From Wickerhamiella versatilis (taxonomy: Eukaryota), in assembly GCA_030867685.1 (NCBI GenBank), contig JAQOWU010000008.1, positions 4,030,001 through 4,094,000 on the forward strand: a DNA stretch of 64,000 nt. Direction: 5' to 3'. The notes under the pieces are model-generated. The model was given only the letters and a program-made list of their open reading frames with translations. It did no database searches and was not told where the DNA came from. Position numbers and translations under genes: made by a program. This document shows, piece after piece, positions 52,701 through 61,209 of this stretch (positions are counted from its first letter, which is position 1; the number at the start of each line of letters is the position of its first letter).

Positions 52701-53610
52701 GAGATACGCCTGCATAGTCGGCTTGCTTAACCACAGCCCCAAGATAACTATCGAATTTTTGAGCTATTCTGTCCTCCAGATTGAAGGCCACTGTGTTTCG
52801 AGACGAACTGAGTGCTTCTTCGGCAACAACTGAACCTCTTGCATAAATTTGATCGACTTTTATTTGTTTGCGTATCAGAAAATATGATCCCAGTACCATT
52901 GACATTACAACAAAGAACATACTTGGAAGAAGGATACAGGCCAATTTCCACTGACTGGCAAATGACACCACGAGAGCCGCCACAAAAGCCGCCACACCTT
53001 GCACAACATTACCCGACTTTTCTGAAACAGCTTCTTGGATGGAAGTTGTGTCATTCGTAATACGGGTGGTTATTTCCCCCGTCCCCAATTTGTCAAAGTA
53101 GGCTATGTTTTGGTGGATGACTGCACTCAAGTATGCCTTTCTATAGCGAGCTGCAAATAATTCTCCTCTGTTGACCAAGATTAAGTTCTCGATGAATGAT
53201 GCACCAATCATTGCGATCCCAATGTATACAAAATAAAGAGACTTGTGGTCAACATTGCTTTGAAACACCTGGCCAGCTCCCGCATTGCCGAAAAAGTCGT
53301 TAAAATTATTGACAATACCACCTACTACCAGGGTGAACATGGGATATGCCACACCATGGACAGCACCGCAGACCAAACCTACAATTACAAGAACGGTGTC
53401 CTGCACCGTTGCAAATCGATATAATGTAAATAAGGTGACTTTCTGCTTATCTACATGATTCTGTTGTCTCAAGAGTTCATTGCCATCTATTTCAGTTCCT
53501 GTGTAATTGACATGTTCTGCAAAATGGTTTTCAGAGGCCGAGGAGCTCGAGGAGGCCCCTTTCTGTTCCTTCATTACCAGATGAGTCATCAGTAAAGATA
53601 AGAATCTCAT
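49744..53610 (-). CDS. Full-size ABCB/MDR transporter (start may be the ATG at 53574)
   Basis: TMD-NBD-TMD-NBD with GLSGSGKST and GPSGCGKST; LSGGQKQR and LLLDEATSALD each occur twice. Confidence 0.95.
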   Translation of the reverse strand: MRFLSLLMTHLVMKEQKGASSSSSASENHFAEHVNYTGTEIDGNELLRQQNHVDKQKVTLFTLYRFATVQDTVLVIVGLVCGAVHGVAYPMFTLVVGGIVNNFNDFFGNAGAGQVFQSNVDHKSLYFVYIGIAMIGASFIENLILVNRGELFAARYRKAYLSAVIHQNIAYFDKLGTGEITTRITNDTTSIQEAVSEKSGNVVQGVAAFVAALVVSFASQWKLACILLPSMFFVVMSMVLGSYFLIRKQIKVDQIYARGSVVAEEALSSSRNTVAFNLEDRIAQKFDSYLGAVVKQADYAGVSQGIMLACIWAAFFYTYALGLWEGSRLIVRGETSIGHVITVVMSMLIGSFQLGHCAPNIRFIVQGMAAAKSLNEAIDRVPVVNSRSTNGIRLEKVKGEIKLRDVTFKYPSRPGVMVLPDFSLDIPAGQTVALVGLSGSGKSTIVGLIERFYLPLSGSITLDGHDIEKFDVKWLRQRIGYVPQEPTLFAETIFDNIAYGLIGTEYENSSPEVKIQRVEEACKLANAWDFVQALTEKLDTNVGDRGFLLSGGQKQRIAIARAIVGNPPILLLDEATSALDTKSEGIVQEALDRAAINRTTIVIAHRLSTIKNAHKIVVMSHGKILEQGTHAELLASGGTYSDLVRAQRIKAELGDDAEIESNSSNNELSIKEDKVDVEEEQIDFAHEIIPGIESPVNKGLFRYLKMLWALNRSEIWLICGGTASAVILGYCYPSLGMVAAFSIQSIIEEKGTQMRHSINVYSGWLFFIGMMSLFSAAAMCISLSAASNRLVRAIRIGLFRQILRLDTAFFDFPGNTPGALTSILAKEAKAIDGLGGATLGQILQSFTVLIGGIVTGIPFNWRIGLVAMATVPIVMGCGFFRIHVLRSLHERARKVYEDSGALASQYASAVRTVQSLTREDDVVDKYALEVDKQVQSSNMANLRSAVMFGLAEGLIPWVMALVFWWGSTCMREGKSSLIGFYTVFMSIVLGAQSAGRIFSYAPDFTKAQAAAESCYRIFSAKPNIDVWDNKGYRPKEGTIEGNVDFNNVKFRYPTRPQVPVLRGLDLHITQGQYVALVGPSGCGKSTTIGLLERFYNPQFGKIQIDGINIEDYNLETLRSFISLVQQEPTLYSGTLRENIQMGWPGDPSEVTDQMIEIAARKANIHDFISGLPDGYDTESGSQGGLLSGGQKQRVAIARALIRNPKILLLDEATSALDSDSERVVQVALDEAARGRTTIAIAHRLSTIQKADIIYVFEHGCIVEQGNHPKLMSLNGRYAELVRLQALET

Positions 53611-53809
53611 TAATTATTACCGTTGGGGTTGCGGTTATCTTTCTAATCTAAATTGGATTCCCAGAAGTGGTGCTAATGACGAATTCTTTTTAACTATAGG
53701 TACGAAGATGCATTGATTTATGCTTTTAATATATATAATAATAAAAAACTTCAAGTTTACTGGCACGATTTCTCGTGCAAGATTATTTGTTCAATGTATC
53801 AGAGTAGGT

Positions 53810-54604
53810 CTACTCTCTCCATAGGTCAAAAAAGTGGTGCACTGGACCATTTCCCTTTCCGATCTCGAGATATTTGGCTGCCTCAAGGGCCCCCGTAACA
53901 TAATCCTTTGCAGCACGCACAGCATCATCTAAAGGAAAGTTTCGGGCAAGATATGCCGCTAGTGCAGAAGACAGTGTACATCCAGTTCCGTGTGTATTTT
54001 TTGAATCAACGCGTTTGGATTTCAGTTCTTGGTAAGTTTTCGTATTTGCATTGTACCAAATGTCAACGATGTCACCAGGCAAGTGGCCTCCCTTGAGCAA
54101 AACCGAGGCACCGCCTGAGATTTCACTGAGTTCCAATGCCGCTTTCTGCAGAGCATTGATTTCGATCTTTCGCCCCAGAATAATCTCAGCTTCAGGAAAG
54201 TTTGGAGTTATGACTGTGGCTAACGGTAATAACCTTTCACGAAGAACAGAGATGGCGCTCTCCTCCAGCAGTCTTTGGCCCGAAGTAGATACCATGACAG
54301 GGTCGAGAATAATGTTAGGTAGACCTTGCACCTCCTGTCTTACAGCCTCAACGAGCTCAGCAGAATGCAGCATACCAATCTTTATAGCATCTGCACCAAT
54401 ATCATCGAGGCATGACCTTATCTGAGAACGCACGAACTCAACCGGTACTGGATGGATCCCGTAGACACCCTGCGTGTTTTCATCGACAAGAGCAACAATT
54501 GCACTTTGCCCGTAGACACCACAGGCAGAGAAAGCTTTTATATCAGCTTGAATTCCAGCACCCCCACTACAGTCACTACCAGCAATTGTAAGAGCCTTAC
54601 GCAT
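53810..54604 (-). CDS. thiD: Stand-alone HMP/HMP-P kinase, bacterial type
   Basis: LTIAGSDCSGGAGIQADIK, IKIGML, DPVMVSTSG, ITPN, LLKGGH, NTHGTGCTLSS, GPVHHF. No TenA domain. Confidence 0.93.
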   Translation of the reverse strand: MRKALTIAGSDCSGGAGIQADIKAFSACGVYGQSAIVALVDENTQGVYGIHPVPVEFVRSQIRSCLDDIGADAIKIGMLHSAELVEAVRQEVQGLPNIILDPVMVSTSGQRLLEESAISVLRERLLPLATVITPNFPEAEIILGRKIEINALQKAALELSEISGGASVLLKGGHLPGDIVDIWYNANTKTYQELKSKRVDSKNTHGTGCTLSSALAAYLARNFPLDDAVRAAKDYVTGALEAAKYLEIGKGNGPVHHFFDLWRE

Positions 54605-54631
54605 GTCAATGTTAGTCCCCTGAAAGTTAAG

Positions 54632-54678
54632 TTACCCGCTCCCGATTTTCCGAGTCCAAACGAAGTCCACCCTAACCC
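54632..54678. promoter_or_regulatory. Reb1-like TTACCCG (54632-54638) and Tbf1/telobox-like ACCCTAACCC (54669-54678) in the thiM-thiE/thiD spacer
   Basis: Exact motifs are seen; their function is inferred. Confidence 0.4.
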
Positions 54679-54711
54679 ATGATAGTCTATTTCTTCTAAA
54701 TATTCATCCAT

Positions 54712-56106
54712 TTAGTCCTTAAGAAGTAGTCTAGAAGCAAGTGCGGGATCATCAGCCATGGTAATGGCTGTGACAACTGCAATACCGTCAACACACTGCT
54801 TCCTTACTGCCGATGCACGGTCCACAGATATACCACCAATAGCAACCTTTAAATGGTTCGACGATCTACAGAGCTCATTGAGCTTGTCCAGACCTAGCTC
54901 GGACTTAGCATCCTTTTTTGTAGCTGTCGAATAAACAGGTCCAACGCCCAGATAGTCCACATCTAAATTTTTCGAGTCATGAACTTCCTTCAAATTTGTA
55001 GTGCTCAGTCCAATGATCTTTGATGGCCCCAGAAGCTTTCTTGCAACAGGCACAGGTAAGTCTGATTGACCGATATGGACCCCAGCCGCATTGACAGCAA
55101 GTGCAATGTCAACGCGGTCATTGATGAGCAAAGGAATGTCATATTCGTCACATACCTTTTTGACAGCTTGCGCTCTAGACAGGAAATCCCCACTATCACA
55201 GTTTTTTTCGCGAAGCTGAACTACAGTGACACCACCTTTCACTGCTGCCGACACAATTTCAGGTGTAGTTCGACCTAAATTAAGATTTGGATCGGTGACA
55301 AGATAAAGTGATAGATCAATAGGCGGTCTTGCCCGCGATTCAAACTCCGAGAAAGTCATTCTATAAAGTTCGTCCAGTAGATTTTGATGCATAGACCCAG
55401 TTCCTTTCGCACTGAGAGCAGCTATTTCACCAGCGACTCCGTAGTAAGTCAAACAATAACAGGCAGCCCAAAATGGGTCTGGCGTAGTCGCAGCAAACGC
55501 CCCTAAAATACACGTCAGTGTACATCCAGATGCAGTGATTCCGCCCATAAGTGGATGACCGTTCACCACTCTTGCAGTTCGCCGGCCATCTGTGACGAAG
55601 TCTATGGGACCGCTTATGACCACAACGGTATTGTGTGCTGCAGCCAGCTTTTTAGCATCAATCAAGACGGTCTCGGTTGACATAGTGCTATCAATGCCAC
55701 GCGAATGAGCATCTACTCCACACAATGTCGCGATTTCTGAGGCATTCCCTCTAATGATTGTGGGCTTGAGAGCTATGAGTGTTTTACAAGCGTCTTGTCG
55801 CATTTTTGTCGCGCCAACGCCAACTGGATCAAGAACCCACGGCTTGCTCTGTTCACTAGCTTTTCGTGCCGAGTTTTGCATTGCCTCTAGTGTAGCATCA
55901 TTCAGAGTACCTATGTTAATCGTTAGAGCATTAGCAATACTGGTGAGACTGGCACTCTCCCTAGGCTCGCTACCCATCATTGGTGATGCTCCTACTGCTA
56001 TAAGTCCATTGGCCGCAAAATTTGAAGCGACTTTATTCGTAATATTGTGAACAAGAGGCGTTTGTTTCCGTACACGCCCTACAGCCTTCCAAATAGCCGT
56101 GCTCAT
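54712..56106 (-). CDS. thiM-thiE: ThiM-ThiE fusion: hydroxyethylthiazole kinase + thiamine-phosphate synthase
   Basis: ThiM motifs PLVHNITN, GASPMM, INIGTL, LDPVGVGA, IRGNASEI, ITASGC. ThiE motifs LSLYLVTD, VQLREK, INDRVDIA, GVHIGQSD, GPVYSTATK, AIGGI. Confidence 0.93.
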   Translation of the reverse strand: MSTAIWKAVGRVRKQTPLVHNITNKVASNFAANGLIAVGASPMMGSEPRESASLTSIANALTINIGTLNDATLEAMQNSARKASEQSKPWVLDPVGVGATKMRQDACKTLIALKPTIIRGNASEIATLCGVDAHSRGIDSTMSTETVLIDAKKLAAAHNTVVVISGPIDFVTDGRRTARVVNGHPLMGGITASGCTLTCILGAFAATTPDPFWAACYCLTYYGVAGEIAALSAKGTGSMHQNLLDELYRMTFSEFESRARPPIDLSLYLVTDPNLNLGRTTPEIVSAAVKGGVTVVQLREKNCDSGDFLSRAQAVKKVCDEYDIPLLINDRVDIALAVNAAGVHIGQSDLPVPVARKLLGPSKIIGLSTTNLKEVHDSKNLDVDYLGVGPVYSTATKKDAKSELGLDKLNELCRSSNHLKVAIGGISVDRASAVRKQCVDGIAVVTAITMADDPALASRLLLKD

Positions 56107-56119
56107 GTGAAATAACTAA

Positions 56120-56164
56120 TCACGTGACTATTATTATTATTGTTATTATTATTATTATTATTAT
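56120..56164. promoter_or_regulatory. Cbf1-type E-box TCACGTGA followed by a (TAT)n microsatellite upstream of thiM-thiE
   Basis: TCACGTGA at 56120-56127, then about 12 near-perfect TAT units. Confidence 0.45.
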
Positions 56165-56381
56165 CCTGTAAGCTGATTAATAGTGAAACTATGGTTTCTT
56201 GAATGAGAATAACTTCGTATTTTCGACCTACTTGGTCGAGCACGAAAGAATAGGCTAACACTGGATTCAATAAACCAATCTCGTAAGCATATCCGAACTT
56301 ATATCTAAGATGATTGCAAGGGTATTTCAACCCAATTGCCGATACACGTGCGTTACTCATCTTGTTGATTCCGTCTCAGAC

Positions 56382-56891
56382 ATGGATCCAGTGCTCAATA
56401 TCTTAGGCTGTGAGATGGCTATGAATGAACAATCTGGGCAAAACAGCGATCACCCTGAATTAAATATATTCCAGGAGTTAGGTGAAGAGCTACCAAGCAA
56501 TGTCGTGGGTAGTAGTAGCGGTGGTGGTATCGCTACGCAGATAGCTCCGCTGATATTGGCATTGAGCTCGTGTAGAGCGCGTGGAGGGCTCGGCAACCAG
56601 CATTCTCCACTCAATACTGTTCAGTGTCAACAAAGCGAGCATCCAAGACTGAAGTTGACCCGTTTACGAGGACAACTTCACTCTGTAAGACGACAAATAG
56701 CTCAGCTAGTGAGTCGCAGCAGTGGGCTTAATGACCGTCAACTGGCACGCTTTGTTAGCCTATTGAGTCAATCACTGGATCTTGAGGCTCAGCTTCGGAA
56801 AACGGCAGTTGCCATCCGTGGCCGAAGTGGCCATTCTTCAGTGCCTTGCAATGTCCGCAGAAAGCGTCGCCAATTACGCCGAAGACTTTGA
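56382..56891 (+). CDS. Orphan hypothetical protein with Leu-rich helical segment and basic NLS-like tail (alternative ATG at 56310)
   Basis: ORF in an otherwise empty gap, ending RRKRRQLRRRL. No family recognised. Confidence 0.4.
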   Translation: MDPVLNILGCEMAMNEQSGQNSDHPELNIFQELGEELPSNVVGSSSGGGIATQIAPLILALSSCRARGGLGNQHSPLNTVQCQQSEHPRLKLTRLRGQLHSVRRQIAQLVSRSSGLNDRQLARFVSLLSQSLDLEAQLRKTAVAIRGRSGHSSVPCNVRRKRRQLRRRL

Positions 56892-57205
56892 TAATTTTTC
56901 ATTATCATGAGACTTTTGTTTATTTATTGCAAGGTGGCTCTTATGTTTGACAATGTGAGTCTATTCATATGTGGGCCCGGCCGCTTGAATTACCAATTCA
57001 GATACCAATAACACTCACCATTGGCAGGATAGCCTACTCTGAATCCAACTTAGTGAGCATTAGCCTTGAGAACATCGGCTTTCAAAATTCTTAGAACAAT
57101 ACATAGGCCGGAAATACACAAATATACCTTCTTCTTATCTTAGAGTATGCTAATTTCTATGGGCTGATCTTCCAACAACGACGCTAGCAGAATCGTCATC
57201 ATTGG

Positions 57206-58432
57206 TTACTCTGCGATTATGACAGATGCCGCACCCATTCCAGTACCTATGCACATCGACGTTACGCCAACTTTCTTCCCAGTACGATGCAACTCAGTAA
57301 GAAGCGTGGATACCTGGCGGGCTCCTGTGGCACCCAGCGGATGGCCCAAGGCAATTGCTCCGCCTTTCGGATTGACTTTTGCCATATCTATGCCAACTTT
57401 ACGAATAGAGTAGAGGGCCTGGCTCGCGAAAGCTTCATTGATCTCGAAAATATCTACATCACTCAAATTCAGCCCAGTATCTTTAAGGACGGCTGGAATT
57501 GCCACGGCAGGGCCAATACCCATGATTTCAGGAGGGACACCGCAAGTTCTGCAGTGCACAAACTTTCCAATAATCGGCAACCCGTGTTTGAGCGCAAAAG
57601 AGCGGCGAGCAAGAATAACTGAACCAGCGCCATCAGAGACCTGAGAAGCATTACCGGCTGTGGTAGCACCATCTTCCCTAAATGCAGGGCGCAATTTGCT
57701 GAGGGATTGTGGGGTCACACCCTTACGAATACCCTCATCCTGGGAAATCAAAACCATCTTGTCATTGTCATCCAGGGCTTCGATAGGTAGGATCTCTTCT
57801 TCGAAAAGTCCAGTCTTTTGTGCCTGTTCTGCCTTACGGAATGATTCTGCTGCAAAAGCATCCTGGTCTTGACGGGTGACATGGAATTCCTTTGCCACAT
57901 TCTCACTTGTGATACCCATTGGAATAAGGCAAGCGGAACCAATTTTTAATTCTGCAAAACTAGCCGGGAATGTAGAGATGTCTGTGGCGCTATTCGACAT
58001 TGATTCAACACCAGCACCAATACCGATATCAATTTGACCAGCAAGAATCTGAGTTGCAATATTGTTTACCGCCATAAGTCCACTTGAGCACTGGCGATTC
58101 ACCGCCTGAAATGGCACTGTATTGGGAATACCAGCAACAAGTTCTGCCGCACGATGCTCAACAGCACCGGCCCCAGGATTCGAAACATTTCCGACAACAA
58201 CGTCCCCTAGAACAGATGGATCAATACCAACCTTCTTTATCTGTGCCTCAAGAAGGCGCGCCAGAATCTCAGCTGAAGCCGTGTTGCGAAAACCACCCTT
58301 TCTAGCCTTGACAATAGGAGTTCGGTGAGCAGCGACAATTACCACATCATCAGGGTTTTTTGTTAGAATACTGTCAAGGGAACTGGCACTATTCAAGGTA
58401 AGTTGAGAACTAAGATTTTCTAGCCGTTGCAT
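57206..58432 (-). CDS. POT1: Peroxisomal 3-ketoacyl-CoA thiolase
   Basis: PTS2 RLENLSSQL after the ATG at 58432, NRQCSSGL, NEAFA, GHPLGATG, SMCIGTGMG. Confidence 0.94.
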   Translation of the reverse strand: MQRLENLSSQLTLNSASSLDSILTKNPDDVVIVAAHRTPIVKARKGGFRNTASAEILARLLEAQIKKVGIDPSVLGDVVVGNVSNPGAGAVEHRAAELVAGIPNTVPFQAVNRQCSSGLMAVNNIATQILAGQIDIGIGAGVESMSNSATDISTFPASFAELKIGSACLIPMGITSENVAKEFHVTRQDQDAFAAESFRKAEQAQKTGLFEEEILPIEALDDNDKMVLISQDEGIRKGVTPQSLSKLRPAFREDGATTAGNASQVSDGAGSVILARRSFALKHGLPIIGKFVHCRTCGVPPEIMGIGPAVAIPAVLKDTGLNLSDVDIFEINEAFASQALYSIRKVGIDMAKVNPKGGAIALGHPLGATGARQVSTLLTELHRTGKKVGVTSMCIGTGMGAASVIIAE

Positions 58433-58487
58433 GCTTTCTGGTATGTGCAGCGCTGATGTTCTCTTTTTAAAGCTGATTCCTGCTGAC

Positions 58488-58499
58488 AAAATTGCGGGG
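58488..58499 (+). promoter_or_regulatory. Mig1/CreA-like site AAAATTGCGGGG upstream of POT1
   Basis: Matches AT-box + SYGGGG, which fits glucose repression of beta-oxidation. Short motif. Confidence 0.35.
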
Positions 58500-58902
58500 A
58501 AGCAATATAATACAGTTCGGTTGAAAACACCCGTTAGCTCCTATGTGACAATTTTAAGCAACTGATGCAGCTCTCAAATATCAATGAATTCGAAATTTGT
58601 AGTAATGAACTTTTACTCCTGTACCCCCACCATTGTAGCGTCCTAAAATATTAGATAGTTAATTTACTTTGCCAGAGCGCCATCAAGCACTAATACTAAA
58701 CCGAGAATATAATATCAAGTTTTGACACATGAAAAAGAAAGAGTAAATGCCACATACAGCTTTAAAACGCTTGATTAATGGGTGACTGCATATTTACTAA
58801 GGCGAAATCGGATGACTGCATTTCTTATACTGATTGATGCAAGGTTACTAAGAGGTGGAACTGGCTTAAAACGTAGTAGGACTGGAGGGGTTTGGGCAAC
58901 AA

Positions 58903-60360
58903 ATGGCCGATGTTTCATCTGAGCATCGCCAACTACAAAAGGATGTGCCCAAGACAAGAAAACATGATGCCGGCCATCGACGTCGACACGTAAAGTTCAG
59001 CCAACGCCGGAAGGAGGTTGATGCCGTTAAAAAGAAATATTCCCTTACTCAAATCGACAAGGAGATATATCAAGTATTTATTCCTCCATCTGACCCGGAT
59101 TTCGCCTTTGATTTAACGTTGCTCGATGTAGATCTATGCGTGCCCCAGCATTATCCGCATCATGGCAGCGTGACATTAAAGGTCAACAATTCTGAGATCC
59201 CCCGTGGTCATGCATTGAATGTCGAGAACTATTTTGGAACTCTAAATGGCCCACTGCTCGATCGCCTGGTTTTATTGGACCAGAAGCTCGAAGAATTGCT
59301 TAAATTGCCACCTCAAAAAACTATAACCCTCATACGGTCAAAAACCTCTGTGAAGCCGAAAAGTGAACCTCCAAAGGAAACCGTAAAGCTAAGGGAATTA
59401 CCTCGTGAAATTAAAACTGATTTTATCAACAGAGAACCTATATCTAATCAGACTGAGCAGGTGGATACCGAGCCAGAAGAGGCGGCGGCACCCAGATCCC
59501 ATGCAGAAAATGATGTCCAAGGCCCCAAACATTCCGGTACCGAGTTAGTTTTTCCAGAATTTTATATGACTGGTATGGATGTTGTCGAGATTGCCAGTCT
59601 CTCAATACTTATCCGCTGTGGACGTTGCAAAGATCTGCAAGAATTTGCCAACCTGCAGTCTGCAGAGTATGGCCACCAAACCAAAGCAACCGTGAAATCA
59701 TGTGAAAAGTGTAAATTGACGTTGGCAGCTGCGTTCCGCAAAGAATTCTTGACAACGGAATCCAACACAGGTGGTTTCATAGATATTTCGGGTGGGAGTG
59801 CAGTTGATCTACTTCCCAGCAGCTATATTGGCGTCTGTGGTAACTGTAGTGAGCTCCTTCCCACATTTAGAAATATGGACCTTGGTACTGTGCGCGAGCA
59901 ATTTTGTAGGCATTGTCATGCAAAGGCATCGTTACGGATCGAACTCTTCCGGTTTGATGTGCTATCCACAGAATCTCTTGGTAGAGTAGCAAAGGGTGCG
60001 AGCAATCCAGATCAACAAGCAAAGCCAAAATTGACTGGAGGTGAGGCATTGCCTGAGGAAGGACGTTGCAAGCATTACCGGAAAAGCTTCCGATGGTTCC
60101 GATTCAGCTGCTGCAAGAGAGTATTTCCATGTGACCGCTGCCATGACGCACAAATGGGACATTCTCGTGAGCCAGCATCCCGCATGATCTGTGGCAAATG
60201 CTCCCGGGAGCAAATGTTTGCGGATCAGTGCCGATTTTGTGGTCACAGCTATGTTACGCGAAATACCGCATTCTGGGAAGGTGGTAGGGGTGTACGAAAC
60301 CAAGCACTTATGAGTAGAAAAGATAAACGAAAGTACAAACGGCGGGCTCAGCCCGCATAA
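58903..60360 (+). CDS. CHY zinc-finger protein (RWD-like N-terminus, CxxC pairs, C-terminal CHY)
   Basis: PPSDPDFAFDL, CKHYRKSFRWFRFSCCKRVFPCDRCHD, MICGKC, FWEGGRG. Confidence 0.85.
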   Translation: MADVSSEHRQLQKDVPKTRKHDAGHRRRHVKFSQRRKEVDAVKKKYSLTQIDKEIYQVFIPPSDPDFAFDLTLLDVDLCVPQHYPHHGSVTLKVNNSEIPRGHALNVENYFGTLNGPLLDRLVLLDQKLEELLKLPPQKTITLIRSKTSVKPKSEPPKETVKLRELPREIKTDFINREPISNQTEQVDTEPEEAAAPRSHAENDVQGPKHSGTELVFPEFYMTGMDVVEIASLSILIRCGRCKDLQEFANLQSAEYGHQTKATVKSCEKCKLTLAAAFRKEFLTTESNTGGFIDISGGSAVDLLPSSYIGVCGNCSELLPTFRNMDLGTVREQFCRHCHAKASLRIELFRFDVLSTESLGRVAKGASNPDQQAKPKLTGGEALPEEGRCKHYRKSFRWFRFSCCKRVFPCDRCHDAQMGHSREPASRMICGKCSREQMFADQCRFCGHSYVTRNTAFWEGGRGVRNQALMSRKDKRKYKRRAQPA

Positions 60361-60434
60361 TTCTTAACTTTTTAAATTTTACGAATATTTTAAGACCCAA
60401 TACAGGGTGCTGATCATTAACTAAGCATATACTG

Positions 60435-61082
60435 ATGATCAGCTGCCTCTCGTTGGTCTTTGGCTTGGTATTACTTTTGAACCTCAAGTGCTTACCATTT
60501 GTCTTCCATATCAAATTTTTTTACATTGTTTTCTCCAATCTTTATGCTAGACGGCCACGGAAGCCACATAGCCCTTGGGAGTGGGCAAGTTACAACACTT
60601 GGTGTGCCCCTTTTGAATGCGACTTCAATATGCATAAATCAAATAGCACATACTTTTCTGACGCTGATATGTCTCGCTCAGCTCTTCTGAGCTACGTTAT
60701 GCGTGACTTCTACCTCGCATCAACTCCGATTCCGGGCGCTGCTCCTCTTGGCCGAGGCGAATTTGCATACTCTCCGCTCGGATCCGTCTCCCTTGTATTT
60801 AAACATCAAATTGCACCATTTCAGCGTTATCAGGTCAAATCTCGAATTTTTGGATGGACTGAAAAGTGGCTCTTTGTTCTATGTGTTTTCAGGAGTTCCA
60901 AGGATATCCATGCTTTCGGACTTTTCAAATATGTTTTTAAGCATAAAAGACAGACGATACGCCCAGCACTAGCGTTGAAAGCTGCTGGGCTATGGAGTAA
61001 CGCACGCGAAGTTGAGAATGCGAGTATTCAACCATACTTAAACGAGAACCTCGACTTGGAGACAATTGAAAAATTCATATGA
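60435..61082 (+). CDS. Hotdog-fold thioesterase-like protein (YBR096W/THEM6-like)
   Basis: LKCLPFVFHIKF, ECDFNMHKSNSTYFSDADMSR, FGWTEKW. Confidence 0.8.
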   Translation: MISCLSLVFGLVLLLNLKCLPFVFHIKFFYIVFSNLYARRPRKPHSPWEWASYNTWCAPFECDFNMHKSNSTYFSDADMSRSALLSYVMRDFYLASTPIPGAAPLGRGEFAYSPLGSVSLVFKHQIAPFQRYQVKSRIFGWTEKWLFVLCVFRSSKDIHAFGLFKYVFKHKRQTIRPALALKAAGLWSNAREVENASIQPYLNENLDLETIEKFI

Positions 61083-61209
61083 GCCAATGAGTTGTTCACA
61101 CAAATCTGATATAGACAGCAATAAACCATCCTAATCATGAGTAAAATTGGATTGCCATTAGTTAGTTAGGCGGGCTCTTTGAGTTAATATTTGAAAAGCA
61201 TGCATATAA

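Noticed and set aside
56119-56300. Point-centromere-like layout (CDEI ATCACGTG + AT-rich tract)
   Set aside because: There is no CDEIII consensus at the proper distance, the AT tract is a short microsatellite, and point centromeres are limited to Saccharomycetaceae.
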